A stretch of DNA of 64,000 bases from a virus (Duplodnaviria > Caudoviricetes). The position numbers and the translations under genes were made by a program. The stretch lies in the IMG/VR virus record IMGVR_UViG_2916515220_000003; one strand, 5' to 3'. Below are positions 50,461 through 59,975 of this stretch, in pieces (within the stretch, counting starts at the first letter, position 1; each line of letters begins with the position of its first letter). The notes beneath the pieces are model-generated. The model was given only the letters and a program-made list of their open reading frames with translations, was not told the origin of the DNA and ran no database searches.

Positions 50461-52483
50461 CAGACTTCTCCACCGTTCTGTTTGATGTTGCGGGTATCCT
50501 TGTTGTTCTGGGTGACGATTTTGACCGTCTGCCCTTGCGCCTGCTTGAGGATTTCCCCACCAGTTCCGGCGAAAGCTTCACCAGCACCTCAGAGGAGCCG
50601 CCAGACGCGTTTCCAGCCCCGGAGCCGGTAGAACCATTCACCGCCACGCCAAGGCGTCCAGAGCCGTCCCTAGAGAGCGGCATGATTGCCTCCGGTCCTG
50701 CTTCGCCCATCAAGCCAGCACCATCAGCAAAGGCGAACATGGTAGGCTTGCTGACGACCTGATTTGAAAAGCCGTTGATGCCATTGGGGAAAGCTCCACC
50801 GTTGGCGAAGAGGCCCGCGCCTGGAGCGGTCGGGAAAGCGCTCTTGCCGCCGCTGAACAAACCGCTGAAGAGGCTGGAAAAGAAGCCACCGCCACCACCG
50901 CCGCCAGATGCTGCCTTGTTGACCTGAAATATGCTGTCCAGCACATCGTCAAGCATGGTGTCGGCAATGCGCTTGAGGCTGTTCACGGCAACGTCGCCCA
51001 TGGCTTCCCAGAAGCTTTTGCCTTCCTCGATCGCGCTGAACAGGTCATCCAGTCCGGCGCGGGTGAGGTCTCTCCAGTAAAGTCGCCGCTTCTCGGCTTC
51101 GTCCTGAGCTTCCTGCTCCTGATGGATGGCCTCGTTAAGGGCGATGATCTTTCTGCGCTCCTCGTCGGTCGCCGCTGCACCTGCCTGTCTGGAGGCCGCA
51201 GAGGCGCGCTTGGCAGCATCGGACAGGTTGACGACGCGAAGCTCTTCCTCAAGCTCTGCGATGAGTTCCTGAACGGCCTTGCGCTCTCGTTCTGCCTGTG
51301 TGGTGGAAGCCGAGCGAGAGGATTTGCTCGGTGAGGCAGGAGGAGGCTTGTAAGCCGGAGGCGTCCATGTGCTTCCGCCGGTCGGCTTGAAGTTCATCAC
51401 TTCCGGGCGGCTCTCAAGCTCTTGAATGCGGCGATTTTCTTCCGCATCGAGATCACGCATCTTCTGCTCGTGAACGGCTCTCGCTCTGACCTTCTGCCGA
51501 TCGCTCATCCGGTTGTCGGCGGAATCGATATCCTGAAGGGCTTTCGCAGTTTCCTGCTTCTGCCGCATGATGTCATTGATCTGCTTCGTGATCGTACTTG
51601 ATCGCTGCTTCTCGACGGCCCGTAGCGTTTCAAGGAAATCCATCATGCTATCAACGACCGACACGACGGCAGACTTGAGCGTGTTCCCGACGGTCATGGA
51701 AATGGCATTGAACTGCCGGTCAATCTCTTGGGCTTTGGTGATGACGTCATCGGACAGGACGTGCCCGAAATCGTTAGCAGCCTTGATTTGCGCGCGAATG
51801 CCTGCCTCACCTTGGGCGATCAGCGAAACCATGCGCTCGCCGCCAGTGCCGCCGAAGAGTTCGTCAAAGATGCGTATCCCAGCCGCTGTGTCCTTCAGTT
51901 GGCGGGTGCGCTCGATCAGGAGTAGCATAAGCTCTGTCGGATCTTTGAGCTTTGTTTTGACCTCTTCAGGCGTGAGGCCAAGCCGCTGAAAAGCTTCGGC
52001 AGCGCTGCCCTTGCCAGTTACGGCAAACTCATCGGCGCGAAGCTGAAGCTCTTTCAGGCCGTCAGTGATGGCGTCTACCGGAATACGCGCTTGTTCCGCG
52101 ACATACTTCCATTCTTGGAAAGCCTTTGCTGACAGACCTGCCATGCGGGCCTGATCGGCTATCTCGGCTATGCCGTCAGCCACCTGCTTCACAGATCCGA
52201 TCACACCTGCGATGCCGGCTCCGACTATGGTCCCCACAAGGCCTCCTGCAAAAGCCTTGCCGACACCACCTATCTTCGTGCCGACGGTGGCCATGGCCTG
52301 ATTGATGCGCGTGGTTGATCGGATGGCATCCTTCTCCATCTGGTCGGTTGCACGCTTCGAGGACATGGACATCTTGCGGAACTCGCGCTCCGTGGTGCCG
52401 CTGGCCTTCGCCATATTGCGCTCGAGATCCTTGATCCGGGCCTCAAGCATAATCACAAGGCGTTCTTCGTCGGTCTGGCTCAT
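50460..52483 (-). CDS. tape measure protein, ~674 aa (apparent frameshift at 50555-50558)
   Basis: ERLVIMLEARIKDLERNM; FANGG..VSKPTMF..GLMGEAGPEAIMPL; one extra G restores end ELVGEILKQ..GGEV stop coupled to next ATG. Confidence 0.85.
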
Positions 52484-54105
52484 GCGTAGCTCCATTCTCC
52501 GATGTCACCATCGAAATCGTCGTAAGAGGATCGGCCGCTATCGCCGGCAGCGCAGCGGGCAACGGCCATGGCTGTGGCGACGGCGCCATCGATGTGGTCT
52601 TTGCTCTTGGCCTTGTGGAAAGATCGGTTGCCGGAACTGTCTTCGCGGATGGCGATGTTATCGAAATGCCAGCGCAGGATCGGGTGGCCACCGTGCTGGA
52701 ACTGGCGGGAGAGGATCGCGCGCTCAAGCTCGTTGATGGCAGGGGACATCGTGAGCCAGCCCTGTCGGAACTCGACCACGGGCAAACCTTCATCGAGAAG
52801 ATTGTTGATGCTGTTGCGGGCGAGGGCCGGATCGAACGCGATTTCGCGGACGTTGAACCGGGCGCATAGCTCTTTGATGTGAGCCTCTACCGCGTGGTAA
52901 TCGACCACGTTGCCCTCTGTGAGCGTGATGTGGCCTTGTTCCTCCCACAGCGCGTAATTGACGCCCTCACGCGCACCACGCTTCAGCAGATTGTCTCTCG
53001 GCAGGTAGAACCACGGATGGACGGCATAACCGTTCTCACGGTCTCCCCACGCGGCAACAACGGCGGTCAAGTCGGTTGTCTTGGAGAGGTCCACGCCGAG
53101 ATAGCAAGGCGTCTGGTTTGCTTCCAATTCGTCCAAATCTGGACGAAAGTTCCCCTCGTCGTAAACCGGCATGGAGACGAACGGAGACGCGCTGTAATCG
53201 AGCCAGGTGTTGAGATGGTACTGGCGGAAGTTATCGCGCTCTGCGGGCTGCTCTCGTGCCTCGTTCGCCATGGTTCGCAGGCCGTCAATATCAGGGTAGC
53301 CATCGGCAAGGCCGGGATTGACGAAGTGCCAGAGGTCTTCGTCCTGCCAATCTGCATCAGGCTCGGTCTCGAAGAGCACCGGCAGGAAGCGAGGATCTTC
53401 AATCTCTCCAGACTGTACCCGGCGCGCATATTTCAGGCGCTCATAGGCGAGGTTCTCCTGTCCTCGGCCCGCTTGGGTGATGATGATCAACAGCGAGCCG
53501 GTCGTCTTGTTCAGCGAGGTTCGAAGCGCGGCCCACATGGTGCGGGCAATCTCGCCCTCCCAGTTGATCAACTCGTCAGCCAGCACGAAGTTTGCCGTCT
53601 TGCCGAGCTTGCCCCGCTTGGCCGATGCCAGCGCCCGGAACTTCGCCTTGCTCAACCTGTGCTCAAGGACGAACGTGCTTTCGGTTGGCTTCATCTTCTC
53701 CTGAAGCCACTCGGTCTCGTCAACGATGCTGACAGCCTCATCGAAAGCGATCCTCGCATCTTCCTCTGCCGAGCCGGCAACGAACACCTGACCGGACGGA
53801 ACGCGCTCGTAGCCCACTGTATGGAGCAATGCGAGGCCTGCGCCCATGGTGGTCTTGCGCGCACCACGCGGGAGCAGGATGAAAACGGTCTTCACCTGTC
53901 GGCGGCCATCGGGGAAACATGGGCCATAGATGCGGCGCACGATGCGCTCCCAGAACAGCGGGAGGTCGAATTTGCCGTCTTCGCTTTTCGGGTGATTGAG
54001 GGCGCGGAGAAACTGCACCGCTTTCTCACCCTTGCCGAACGGGTCTTCAATCTCGCTGCCGTCGAAGATCCACTCCGGGCGGGTTGCCTTAAACTGTGAG
54101 ACCAC
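52480..54105 (-). CDS. terminase large subunit (HK97-type, cos)
   Basis: PRGARKTT, VLADEL, ITQAG, GVDLSKTTDLTA, IDGAVA. Confidence 0.95.
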   Translation of the reverse strand: MVSQFKATRPEWIFDGSEIEDPFGKGEKAVQFLRALNHPKSEDGKFDLPLFWERIVRRIYGPCFPDGRRQVKTVFILLPRGARKTTMGAGLALLHTVGYERVPSGQVFVAGSAEEDARIAFDEAVSIVDETEWLQEKMKPTESTFVLEHRLSKAKFRALASAKRGKLGKTANFVLADELINWEGEIARTMWAALRTSLNKTTGSLLIIITQAGRGQENLAYERLKYARRVQSGEIEDPRFLPVLFETEPDADWQDEDLWHFVNPGLADGYPDIDGLRTMANEAREQPAERDNFRQYHLNTWLDYSASPFVSMPVYDEGNFRPDLDELEANQTPCYLGVDLSKTTDLTAVVAAWGDRENGYAVHPWFYLPRDNLLKRGAREGVNYALWEEQGHITLTEGNVVDYHAVEAHIKELCARFNVREIAFDPALARNSINNLLDEGLPVVEFRQGWLTMSPAINELERAILSRQFQHGGHPILRWHFDNIAIREDSSGNRSFHKAKSKDHIDGAVATAMAVARCAAGDSGRSSYDDFDGDIGEWSYA

Positions 54106-54514
54106 TTGGCGCGCCTCCCTGTTTTACTGGCTTTTCAGCAAAACCCTGCTTCGATCGGGCAGCCGGTGTTAGGCCGAGCTCTGCCGACATGCGGGCAACG
54201 GTCTCCTGCGCCTTGGACATCAGGCCAGAGGCTGGGTTCGGCTTGAGATTGCCGTGAGCTGTCTTTGTGAGGATGCCATGCTCCTCGATGGCCTTCTGGC
54301 ATTCGCGCACGGTCCAGATCGCAATGAGGTACGCTTCAAGCAGTCCAGTCATGGATGCGGTCAGGATTTGCCGCTGCACCATTTCGGCGGCGATGATGTT
54401 CCACTCCTCGACCATGACTTCCGGCAAATTTGCCGAAGGTTTCGGAACGCCCTTCAAACCGCCGTCGATGGCCTTCAGCGTGGCCTTTGCTCCGCGTGTC
54501 CCTTTGCTGCTCAT
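54089..54514 (-). CDS. terminase small subunit (P27 family)
   Basis: LEAYL..I.EHG..KPNPA..AELGLTPAARSK. Confidence 0.9.
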   Translation of the reverse strand: MSSKGTRGAKATLKAIDGGLKGVPKPSANLPEVMVEEWNIIAAEMVQRQILTASMTGLLEAYLIAIWTVRECQKAIEEHGILTKTAHGNLKPNPASGLMSKAQETVARMSAELGLTPAARSKQGFAEKPVKQGGAPSGLTV

Positions 54515-54828
54515 GCGGACACCTTGCGTTCACAGCGCAGGTCCAGGCCCTTACGGCGGCCGATCTCTTTGACCTCGCGGACGTTGTATTCCTCGCCCTC
54601 GAAGATGATGCGAGACTTCGGAGCGACCGCGCCAAAGTAGCGGGTGCGGAAGATGATGGACGTGGTGTCGCTGGCGCCGTTGGTCAGATACTCCTCTGTG
54701 CTGCTCTGGATGATCTGGGCGCGCACGGTGGCGACATCGGTCCACGTCTCGATAGGCGTGCCGTAGTCGTTCACGGTGCTGGTGAAGCTCTGGACGGTAA
54801 TAGAGCGATCGAGCTTTCCGGCTCTCAT
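54511..54828 (-). CDS. head-closure protein (SPP1 gp16-like)
   Basis: MRAGKLDRSITVQ..YNVREVKEIGRRKGLDLRC. Confidence 0.85.
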   Translation of the reverse strand: MRAGKLDRSITVQSFTSTVNDYGTPIETWTDVATVRAQIIQSSTEEYLTNGASDTTSIIFRTRYFGAVAPKSRIIFEGEEYNVREVKEIGRRKGLDLRCERKVSA

Positions 54829-54846
54829 GGCTGCACCGCCTTCCGG

Positions 54847-54940
54847 TGCGGACCACGGTCCGCAGTAGCAAATCGGCAATTATTGCCGTTTTCAAATCCG
54901 TCAATTTGGCGATTTTCAAATTCGGAATAATTCCGCATTT
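54847..54940. repeat. 24-bp-period array of distinct palindromes
   Basis: CAAAT-[15-nt palindrome]-(T/A)TTT units at 54869, 54893, 54917, plus an 18-nt palindrome at 54847. Confidence 0.75.
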
Positions 54941-54942
54941 GC

Positions 54943-55353
54943 TCACACCTCCTGCACAAGTGCGTCGATGGTGACGATGGCGTGGCTGGTCTTGCCGTCT
55001 GGATCGCGAAGGAAGCGGGAACCACGGACACGGCAGTCAGCGAAGTGGAAGCCGTCCAAATCCGTCAATTTGGCGAATTTAATCGCACTCCGAATTGCTC
55101 CTGAAATACGCTTGCTGATCTCTGTCGATGGCTCCTCGACCCAGACATGCAGGTCCATGTAAACCCGTGTCAGCGTGCGGGCGATGCTGTCGCCTTCGTC
55201 CACGCTCTGGCCTTCACCGATGACGATGGATGGGCGCGGGTTGGGGCGCTCGTTGCGGTCGAGGATGTTGGCGGCCGGGACCAAACCAGTGACGGCGGCG
55301 GCACCAGTTAACCTCACTCGGATGGCTTTCTGCAGGGCGAGTTCAGCGCTCAT
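54943..55353 (-). CDS. tail terminator (DUF3168)
   Basis: ELALQKAI..L, PSIVIGEGQ, LHVW, RDPDG.TSHAIVT. Confidence 0.85.
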   Translation of the reverse strand: MSAELALQKAIRVRLTGAAAVTGLVPAANILDRNERPNPRPSIVIGEGQSVDEGDSIARTLTRVYMDLHVWVEEPSTEISKRISGAIRSAIKFAKLTDLDGFHFADCRVRGSRFLRDPDGKTSHAIVTIDALVQEV

Positions 55354-55769
55354 CGGCCACCCCAATTCTGCTTCACAGCCTTGGCAGCGGCGCGCTTGAT
55401 GCGGCCCGTTATCTTCTTGCGGAGCAGACGGAAGGCGGGCCAGAAATACGGCTGCGCTGCGGCCTCCTGCGTGCCGTACTCTACGAGGTGCGCATACCTC
55501 ACATCCTCGTTTCCAGCGGTCACAGCCACGGCCAGTTCTGGCACCGTGACGCGACCACCGGGCGTGGAGTATGGCGGGGTGTTCGATCCACCCGGCGTGA
55601 CCGTGATGCTCTCCTGCAATGCGCCTGTGTCCCGTGGTGCGAGGATGCGGGCTGTTACCGCCAGATCGTTGCCTGACTTCACCAGCTCCGGCACCATCGC
55701 GGCACGGACGTTCTTCGGGATCATTGCCAGCCGCTGTTTGATGCGACCAATTCCACCATCGTCAGCCAA
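55350..55769 (-). CDS. HK97 gp10-like tail completion protein
   Basis: APRDTGALQESI, YAHLVEYGT..AAQPYFWPA. Confidence 0.9.
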   Translation of the reverse strand: MADDGGIGRIKQRLAMIPKNVRAAMVPELVKSGNDLAVTARILAPRDTGALQESITVTPGGSNTPPYSTPGGRVTVPELAVAVTAGNEDVRYAHLVEYGTQEAAAQPYFWPAFRLLRKKITGRIKRAAAKAVKQNWGGR

Positions 55770-56079
55770 AGCTATACTCCCTGTATTCGTTGACGATCTG
55801 CCAGACGCCGAAGGGCAGTTCCTGGCCGGTCACACCGATGAGGGTTGCTTCCCGGTTTTCGAACCAATGCGCCGCCAGTTGACAGACAGCCTCAACCAGC
55901 GCCGGCGGAATTTCGTCTTGATCCGTGCCGCCATAGGTCTCCTCAACCTTGAAGCCGAGAAGGCGTTCGATATGGTTCTGGGCGGCCTCGATCTTGCGCT
56001 CGATCAGCGCGTCATCGTCCGTTCCGGGGATGCCGGTGGCGTTCAATTGCTGCTTCAAAATCGCAACGTCTACAATCAT
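55762..56079 (-). CDS. head-tail connector (HK97 gp6-like)
   Basis: LKQQL..DDDALI..AA, AVCQLAAHWFENRE. Confidence 0.9.
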   Translation of the reverse strand: MIVDVAILKQQLNATGIPGTDDDALIERKIEAAQNHIERLLGFKVEETYGGTDQDEIPPALVEAVCQLAAHWFENREATLIGVTGQELPFGVWQIVNEYREYSFG

Positions 56080-56119
56080 TGAACAACCTCCTTTCTGTCG
56101 TTCACAAAATCAGGGCCAA

Positions 56120-56192
56120 TTGAGAAATTTTTCGCACGTGCCACCCCGCGCCGGTCCCCCGATGTAGTCGAAAGTTCTGACCCACCCCCGGT
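56120..56192 (-). other. putative cos packaging site
   Basis: Minus strand CCGGGGGTGGGTC..TTT..GGGGACCGGCGCGGGG..GCGAAAAATTT, typical layout of HK97-family cos regions, right after an HNH stop. Confidence 0.6.
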
Positions 56193-56653
56193 CATGATGC
56201 ACGCGCTCTCTCGCCTCTGAGGCGCTGGGCGGTCTTGCTGTAGACGGACATGGCTGCTGCCTCGGTGCCGTACCATCCAAGCTCTATGCGCTTGCCCTCA
56301 TGGGTGATGCGTGCCTGATACCTGTTGCCCTTGCGACGGACGCCCTTGAATGGCTTGTTCACCTCATTCTGGGAGCGCGTGGCATGGCGTAGGTTGTCCC
56401 ACCTGTTGTCGCTCTGCATGCCGTTCTCATGGTCCACCTCATGGGTAGGCCAGTCACCGGTCATGAGCAGGTAGGCAAGACGGTTGGCTCGGTAGTGCTT
56501 GCCATCGATCTTAATACGCCAGTACCCTTGATCGTTCAGGCATCCAGCCACGTCACCAGCCTTTGCCCTTGGCCCCTTGGTCTGCTTCCATGTGAAGACA
56601 CCCGTGTCAGGGTCATAGGCGAGGATGGATGCGACGTGGCTGTAGCTGATCAT
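56192..56653 (-). CDS. HNH homing-type endonuclease with AP2-like C-terminus
   Basis: YDPDTGVFTW, GYWRIKIDGK.Y.A.RLA, VDHENG..SDNRWDNLR, KGV..YQARI..LG.Y. Confidence 0.9.
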   Translation of the reverse strand: MISYSHVASILAYDPDTGVFTWKQTKGPRAKAGDVAGCLNDQGYWRIKIDGKHYRANRLAYLLMTGDWPTHEVDHENGMQSDNRWDNLRHATRSQNEVNKPFKGVRRKGNRYQARITHEGKRIELGWYGTEAAAMSVYSKTAQRLRGERARAS

Positions 56654-56656
56654 GGC

Positions 56657-57142
56657 TCAAGCCTCCGCATCAACACGCACCACGTTGCTGTTGACGCCAA
56701 GGGAGGCGTTCAGCTTCATGACGCTGTTGGCTGCATCGAACTGTTCGGACTGGCTCATGACCTTGGCGATGAACAGACGTTCGGAAGGGGTGCCGCCTGC
56801 CGGTGCATCGTTGAGAACGATCCTGAACTCGAAGTCGTGGATGGTCTTCTCTGCGGCGATGAGAGCCTGCTGACCGGGATCGGAATAGTCGATGCCCATG
56901 ACTAACTCCATCGTGCCGGCAGAGCGTGGGCCTTTCAGGGTGCGTGTGCGGCTGTCACCGATCGAGGTGAAGTTGATGGCTTCGCTGGTATCGCCCACGG
57001 AACCGAGACCTTCGACTTCTCCGATCTCCTTCCATGTAACTGCATTGGCAGCAGAGAAGTCGGCAAGCACGAAATCTGCCTTCTTCTGTTCCTTCGTGGT
57101 GCCGATGTAGATTTTCGCACCGGCCGTCGCGTTGATGGTCAT
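56657..57142 (-). CDS. major tail (tube) protein
   Basis: WKEIGEVE.LG.VGD, RTRTLKG.R.AGTM, DPGQQAL.AA, LGVNS. Confidence 0.8.
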   Translation of the reverse strand: MTINATAGAKIYIGTTKEQKKADFVLADFSAANAVTWKEIGEVEGLGSVGDTSEAINFTSIGDSRTRTLKGPRSAGTMELVMGIDYSDPGQQALIAAEKTIHDFEFRIVLNDAPAGGTPSERLFIAKVMSQSEQFDAANSVMKLNASLGVNSNVVRVDAEA

Positions 57143-57500
57143 TTGCTTGTCCTTTCAAGGGAGCGCCGTTCATTCGCGGCGTCGATGGCGTTGCACCTCT
57201 GGCAACCCGGCTTCCAGTTGGATTTGACCATGCGCAGGTCTGGGCGCTGACGGATGCTCTTGATGTGCATCACGACGATTGCCTTTTCCCCGCACTGGCA
57301 GAACTCGTTTTGAGGAAGGGAGAGGAAAGCCTTGGCCTCCCTTTCCCATGTGCTGTCATAGCCACGCTGGCGGGCGCTGGGGCGCTTCTGGTCGTGGCGG
57401 GCTTTGCGCTCCCTCTGGATGCGTGCAGCCGTCTGACAGGTCTCACCACGGGGATGAGCCTTGTTGCAGTGTCCGCAGACTGAGGGGCGCGTGTCGGCAT
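57139..57500 (-). CDS. terminase-associated HNH (HK97 gp74-like; apparent frameshift at 57484-57487)
   Basis: One extra C gives MPTRAPSVCGHC..RPSARQRGYDSTWE..CQCG..H..NWKPGCQRCN. Confidence 0.75.
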
Positions 57501-57501
57501 A

Positions 57502-57888
57502 TCAGGCCACCGGACGCTCTGCGGCGTTGCCCTTGATGGCGATCACGCTTGCGAAGATCGATGTGCCGCTGCCCTTCGTCAGGACCGGCCGCACATAGCG
57601 CTTGAAGCCGCGATAACCGACCTTTGCCGTGCTGTCGGCTGCGAGGTTGCCGGATACCGGCGCCTGGTAGTGATCAGCATCCACATCGGTGAATGTGGCG
57701 TTATCGTCGCTCTCCTGAAGCTTCAGCGTGAAGGCTCCAGACGCGGTGCGTGCGCCAGTCGTGACCACGAAGGCCACGCTGTCAAAGCCCAGCAGGTCGA
57801 CGGATGAACCGTTGGTGCTGGCGGCGATGTCGGCAGGCGCAATGCTCTGCACGACACCAATATTGTGAACGATGTCACGCATGGTCAT
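57502..57888 (-). CDS. head decoration-like protein
   Basis: VDLLGFDSVAFVV, LQESDD..FTDV, VGYRGFKRYVR; follows capsid. Confidence 0.7.
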   Translation of the reverse strand: MTMRDIVHNIGVVQSIAPADIAASTNGSSVDLLGFDSVAFVVTTGARTASGAFTLKLQESDDNATFTDVDADHYQAPVSGNLAADSTAKVGYRGFKRYVRPVLTKGSGTSIFASVIAIKGNAAERPVA

Positions 57889-57894
57889 TCCTCC

Positions 57895-59034
57895 TTAGGC
57901 GGTCGCCATCTTGAGTTTGCGGAGTGCTTCGGTGAGGGTCGGGCCACCACCGACGCGGCGGCGGGCGTGGAAGCGAACCATGCCCTTCGTCGCCTGCGTG
58001 TACGGGTCGCGCAGCACCGACATGCCAACGCGGTCATAGACGCGGTATGCCTTGCTGAAATCGCCGTAGAAGATCGGGAACGTGCCGTTTGCGATATCCG
58101 GCATGGTCGGGTCTTCGATCACCGGGCGACCGAGCAGCGTGGACGGCTGGCCCGCCTGATAGGATGGCTGCCAGAGGTAATTGCCCTGACCGTCCTTGAT
58201 GGTGCGGACCTTGCCGAGCGTGGTGCCGTTCATCAGCCAGGAGCCGTTGTTCCGGTATGCAGCCGGCAGCGAGTACATCAGGCCGATAAGCTGGTCGGCG
58301 CTGATATTGGTGGCGTGGCCGTTAATGACTTCCGCGATGCCCGTAACCTGCTGGATGCCGAGCGGCTTTTTGGCGCCGTTGCCATTCGAGAATGCCGCGT
58401 TCTCCTTGAGGGCGAACTCCTGCGACAGCTCGGAGGCGATTTCGGATTCGACGTTGATGGCCGAGTCTTCGAGCAGGCGAAGCGACACGTCGATGTAACA
58501 GGCCAGTTCATGGACCGGGATTTCGATCTGACCATAGGTCATGGTCGTTTCGTCGCGTTCCTCGTCTTCACCTACCCACGAGGCGGTCGGGCGGCCGGTG
58601 AGCTTCGGGAGGATGACGGAACCGGCAGACGTGGAACCGACGCGGACAGCCTGCCGGATCGGAGAGATTTCCACGATGCCGCGGATGACTTCGGTCTGGA
58701 ACTCGGCAGGAGCCAGATAGCCGCCCTTCGTATCGTCGCCTACGATCAAGGCGCGGGTTTCTTCCGGGTCCATGCGGTTATCGCCCAGGCGCAGGAAGTT
58801 GGAGAACGCGCGGCGCTCCAACGAGATTTCGTCTTCGCCGGGTGTGCCAGCGCCGCCGGGCCGGTTCATTCGGGTTTCGAGGTCGGCAAGCTGCGTGCGC
58901 AGTTCGGTGATCTCGGCTTCGGAGCCGGTGCGATATTCGGCAAAGCCGGTGCGCAGCTCTTCGACGGCCTGCGTGGCTGCTACCAGCGGGTCATCGTCCG
59001 GTTCGGCTCGGGTTTCGAGGGTGAAGTGCTTCAT
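57895..59034 (-). CDS. HK97-family major capsid protein
   Basis: GGYLAP.EF, A.WVGE, S.RLLEDSA, GNG.KKPLGI, KDGQGNYLWQP, LLGRPV, GDFS. Confidence 0.95.
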   Translation of the reverse strand: MKHFTLETRAEPDDDPLVAATQAVEELRTGFAEYRTGSEAEITELRTQLADLETRMNRPGGAGTPGEDEISLERRAFSNFLRLGDNRMDPEETRALIVGDDTKGGYLAPAEFQTEVIRGIVEISPIRQAVRVGSTSAGSVILPKLTGRPTASWVGEDEERDETTMTYGQIEIPVHELACYIDVSLRLLEDSAINVESEIASELSQEFALKENAAFSNGNGAKKPLGIQQVTGIAEVINGHATNISADQLIGLMYSLPAAYRNNGSWLMNGTTLGKVRTIKDGQGNYLWQPSYQAGQPSTLLGRPVIEDPTMPDIANGTFPIFYGDFSKAYRVYDRVGMSVLRDPYTQATKGMVRFHARRRVGGGPTLTEALRKLKMATA

Positions 59035-59037
59035 TGG

Positions 59038-59583
59038 TCATTTCCCTTTGCTGACGAGAGCGCATTTCGCCTTCCGGCATGCATTGATGAAGGCCGCTGC
59101 GCTCTCGGTAGAGCGGCCAGAACTGCGGATTGAGGTGATCCGGGCATTCGGTGCCGATGGCATGCCCACGAGGGAGATTTCGCGCACGTCGATGCCGGTG
59201 AGGATGCGGGTGCCTGCCTGACGCGTCTCACCGCCCTTGTTCAGGCGGAAGCCGATCGAGAGACCATTCAATGCGTCAGCCTTCAGAAGCTCGTAAGCCT
59301 CCCGGCCTCGCGTCGTGCTGGTGACGATTTTCCCGCGAACGAAAAGGCCCTTCTCGTCTTCACGGATTTCAGTCCATACGCCGATGATGTCAGTCGGATC
59401 GTGCGACCAGAGCATAACTGGCCGCGTGCCGGCCTGCCGGTGCAATTCCAGCGAAGTCAGGAAGGCACCGCGCTTGACGACCTCGTTATGGGCGTTGCGC
59501 TGGTCCCAGATGACGGCATAGCCGGAGAACTCGCCGGTATCGCTGGGCGCCTCAAATCTGAGGGAAAGGTCGAGGTGATCCAT
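59038..59583 (-). CDS. HK97-family prohead protease
   Basis: FSGYA, MLWSHD, IGVW, GLSIGF, EISLVGMPS. Confidence 0.95.
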   Translation of the reverse strand: MDHLDLSLRFEAPSDTGEFSGYAVIWDQRNAHNEVVKRGAFLTSLELHRQAGTRPVMLWSHDPTDIIGVWTEIREDEKGLFVRGKIVTSTTRGREAYELLKADALNGLSIGFRLNKGGETRQAGTRILTGIDVREISLVGMPSAPNARITSIRSSGRSTESAAAFINACRKAKCALVSKGK

Positions 59584-59975
59584 CAGGCCGCCTCGCTTCG
59601 GAAGTTGGCACGATCAGCGGCGAAGGCGTCGGCCTGCTGCTGTATCCATGCGACCTGCAGAACCTTGACGACAGCGGCATGGCCAAACTTGGCGTTAAGG
59701 CCGAAGTCGGCGGCGATGTCCCAGTTGATGACGCACCGGGCAAGGCAGTTAATGCGCGCCTTCTCGCGGGCTTCGAATGACGCCTTGCCATCCACGTCAG
59801 CGGCGGCGGCCAGCTCGTCCATCATGGCGATGCGGGCCTTGTTCTGCGTCTCGCTGTCAGGACCGGCAATGAGAAGGCGAAGGCCCGTCGGCTTGCCATC
59901 CCACGGGTCCACGACTTCCAGCCAGCGGCCTTTGTCCTGGTCGACAAGGTTGGAGTTGATCTCATCAAGCGTCAT
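59583..59975 (-). CDS. gpG-like tail assembly chaperone, displaced between portal and protease
   Basis: P.DGKPTGLRLLIAGPDS, LARCVINW, WIQQQADAFAADRANF. Confidence 0.65.
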   Translation of the reverse strand: MTLDEINSNLVDQDKGRWLEVVDPWDGKPTGLRLLIAGPDSETQNKARIAMMDELAAAADVDGKASFEAREKARINCLARCVINWDIAADFGLNAKFGHAAVVKVLQVAWIQQQADAFAADRANFRSEAA

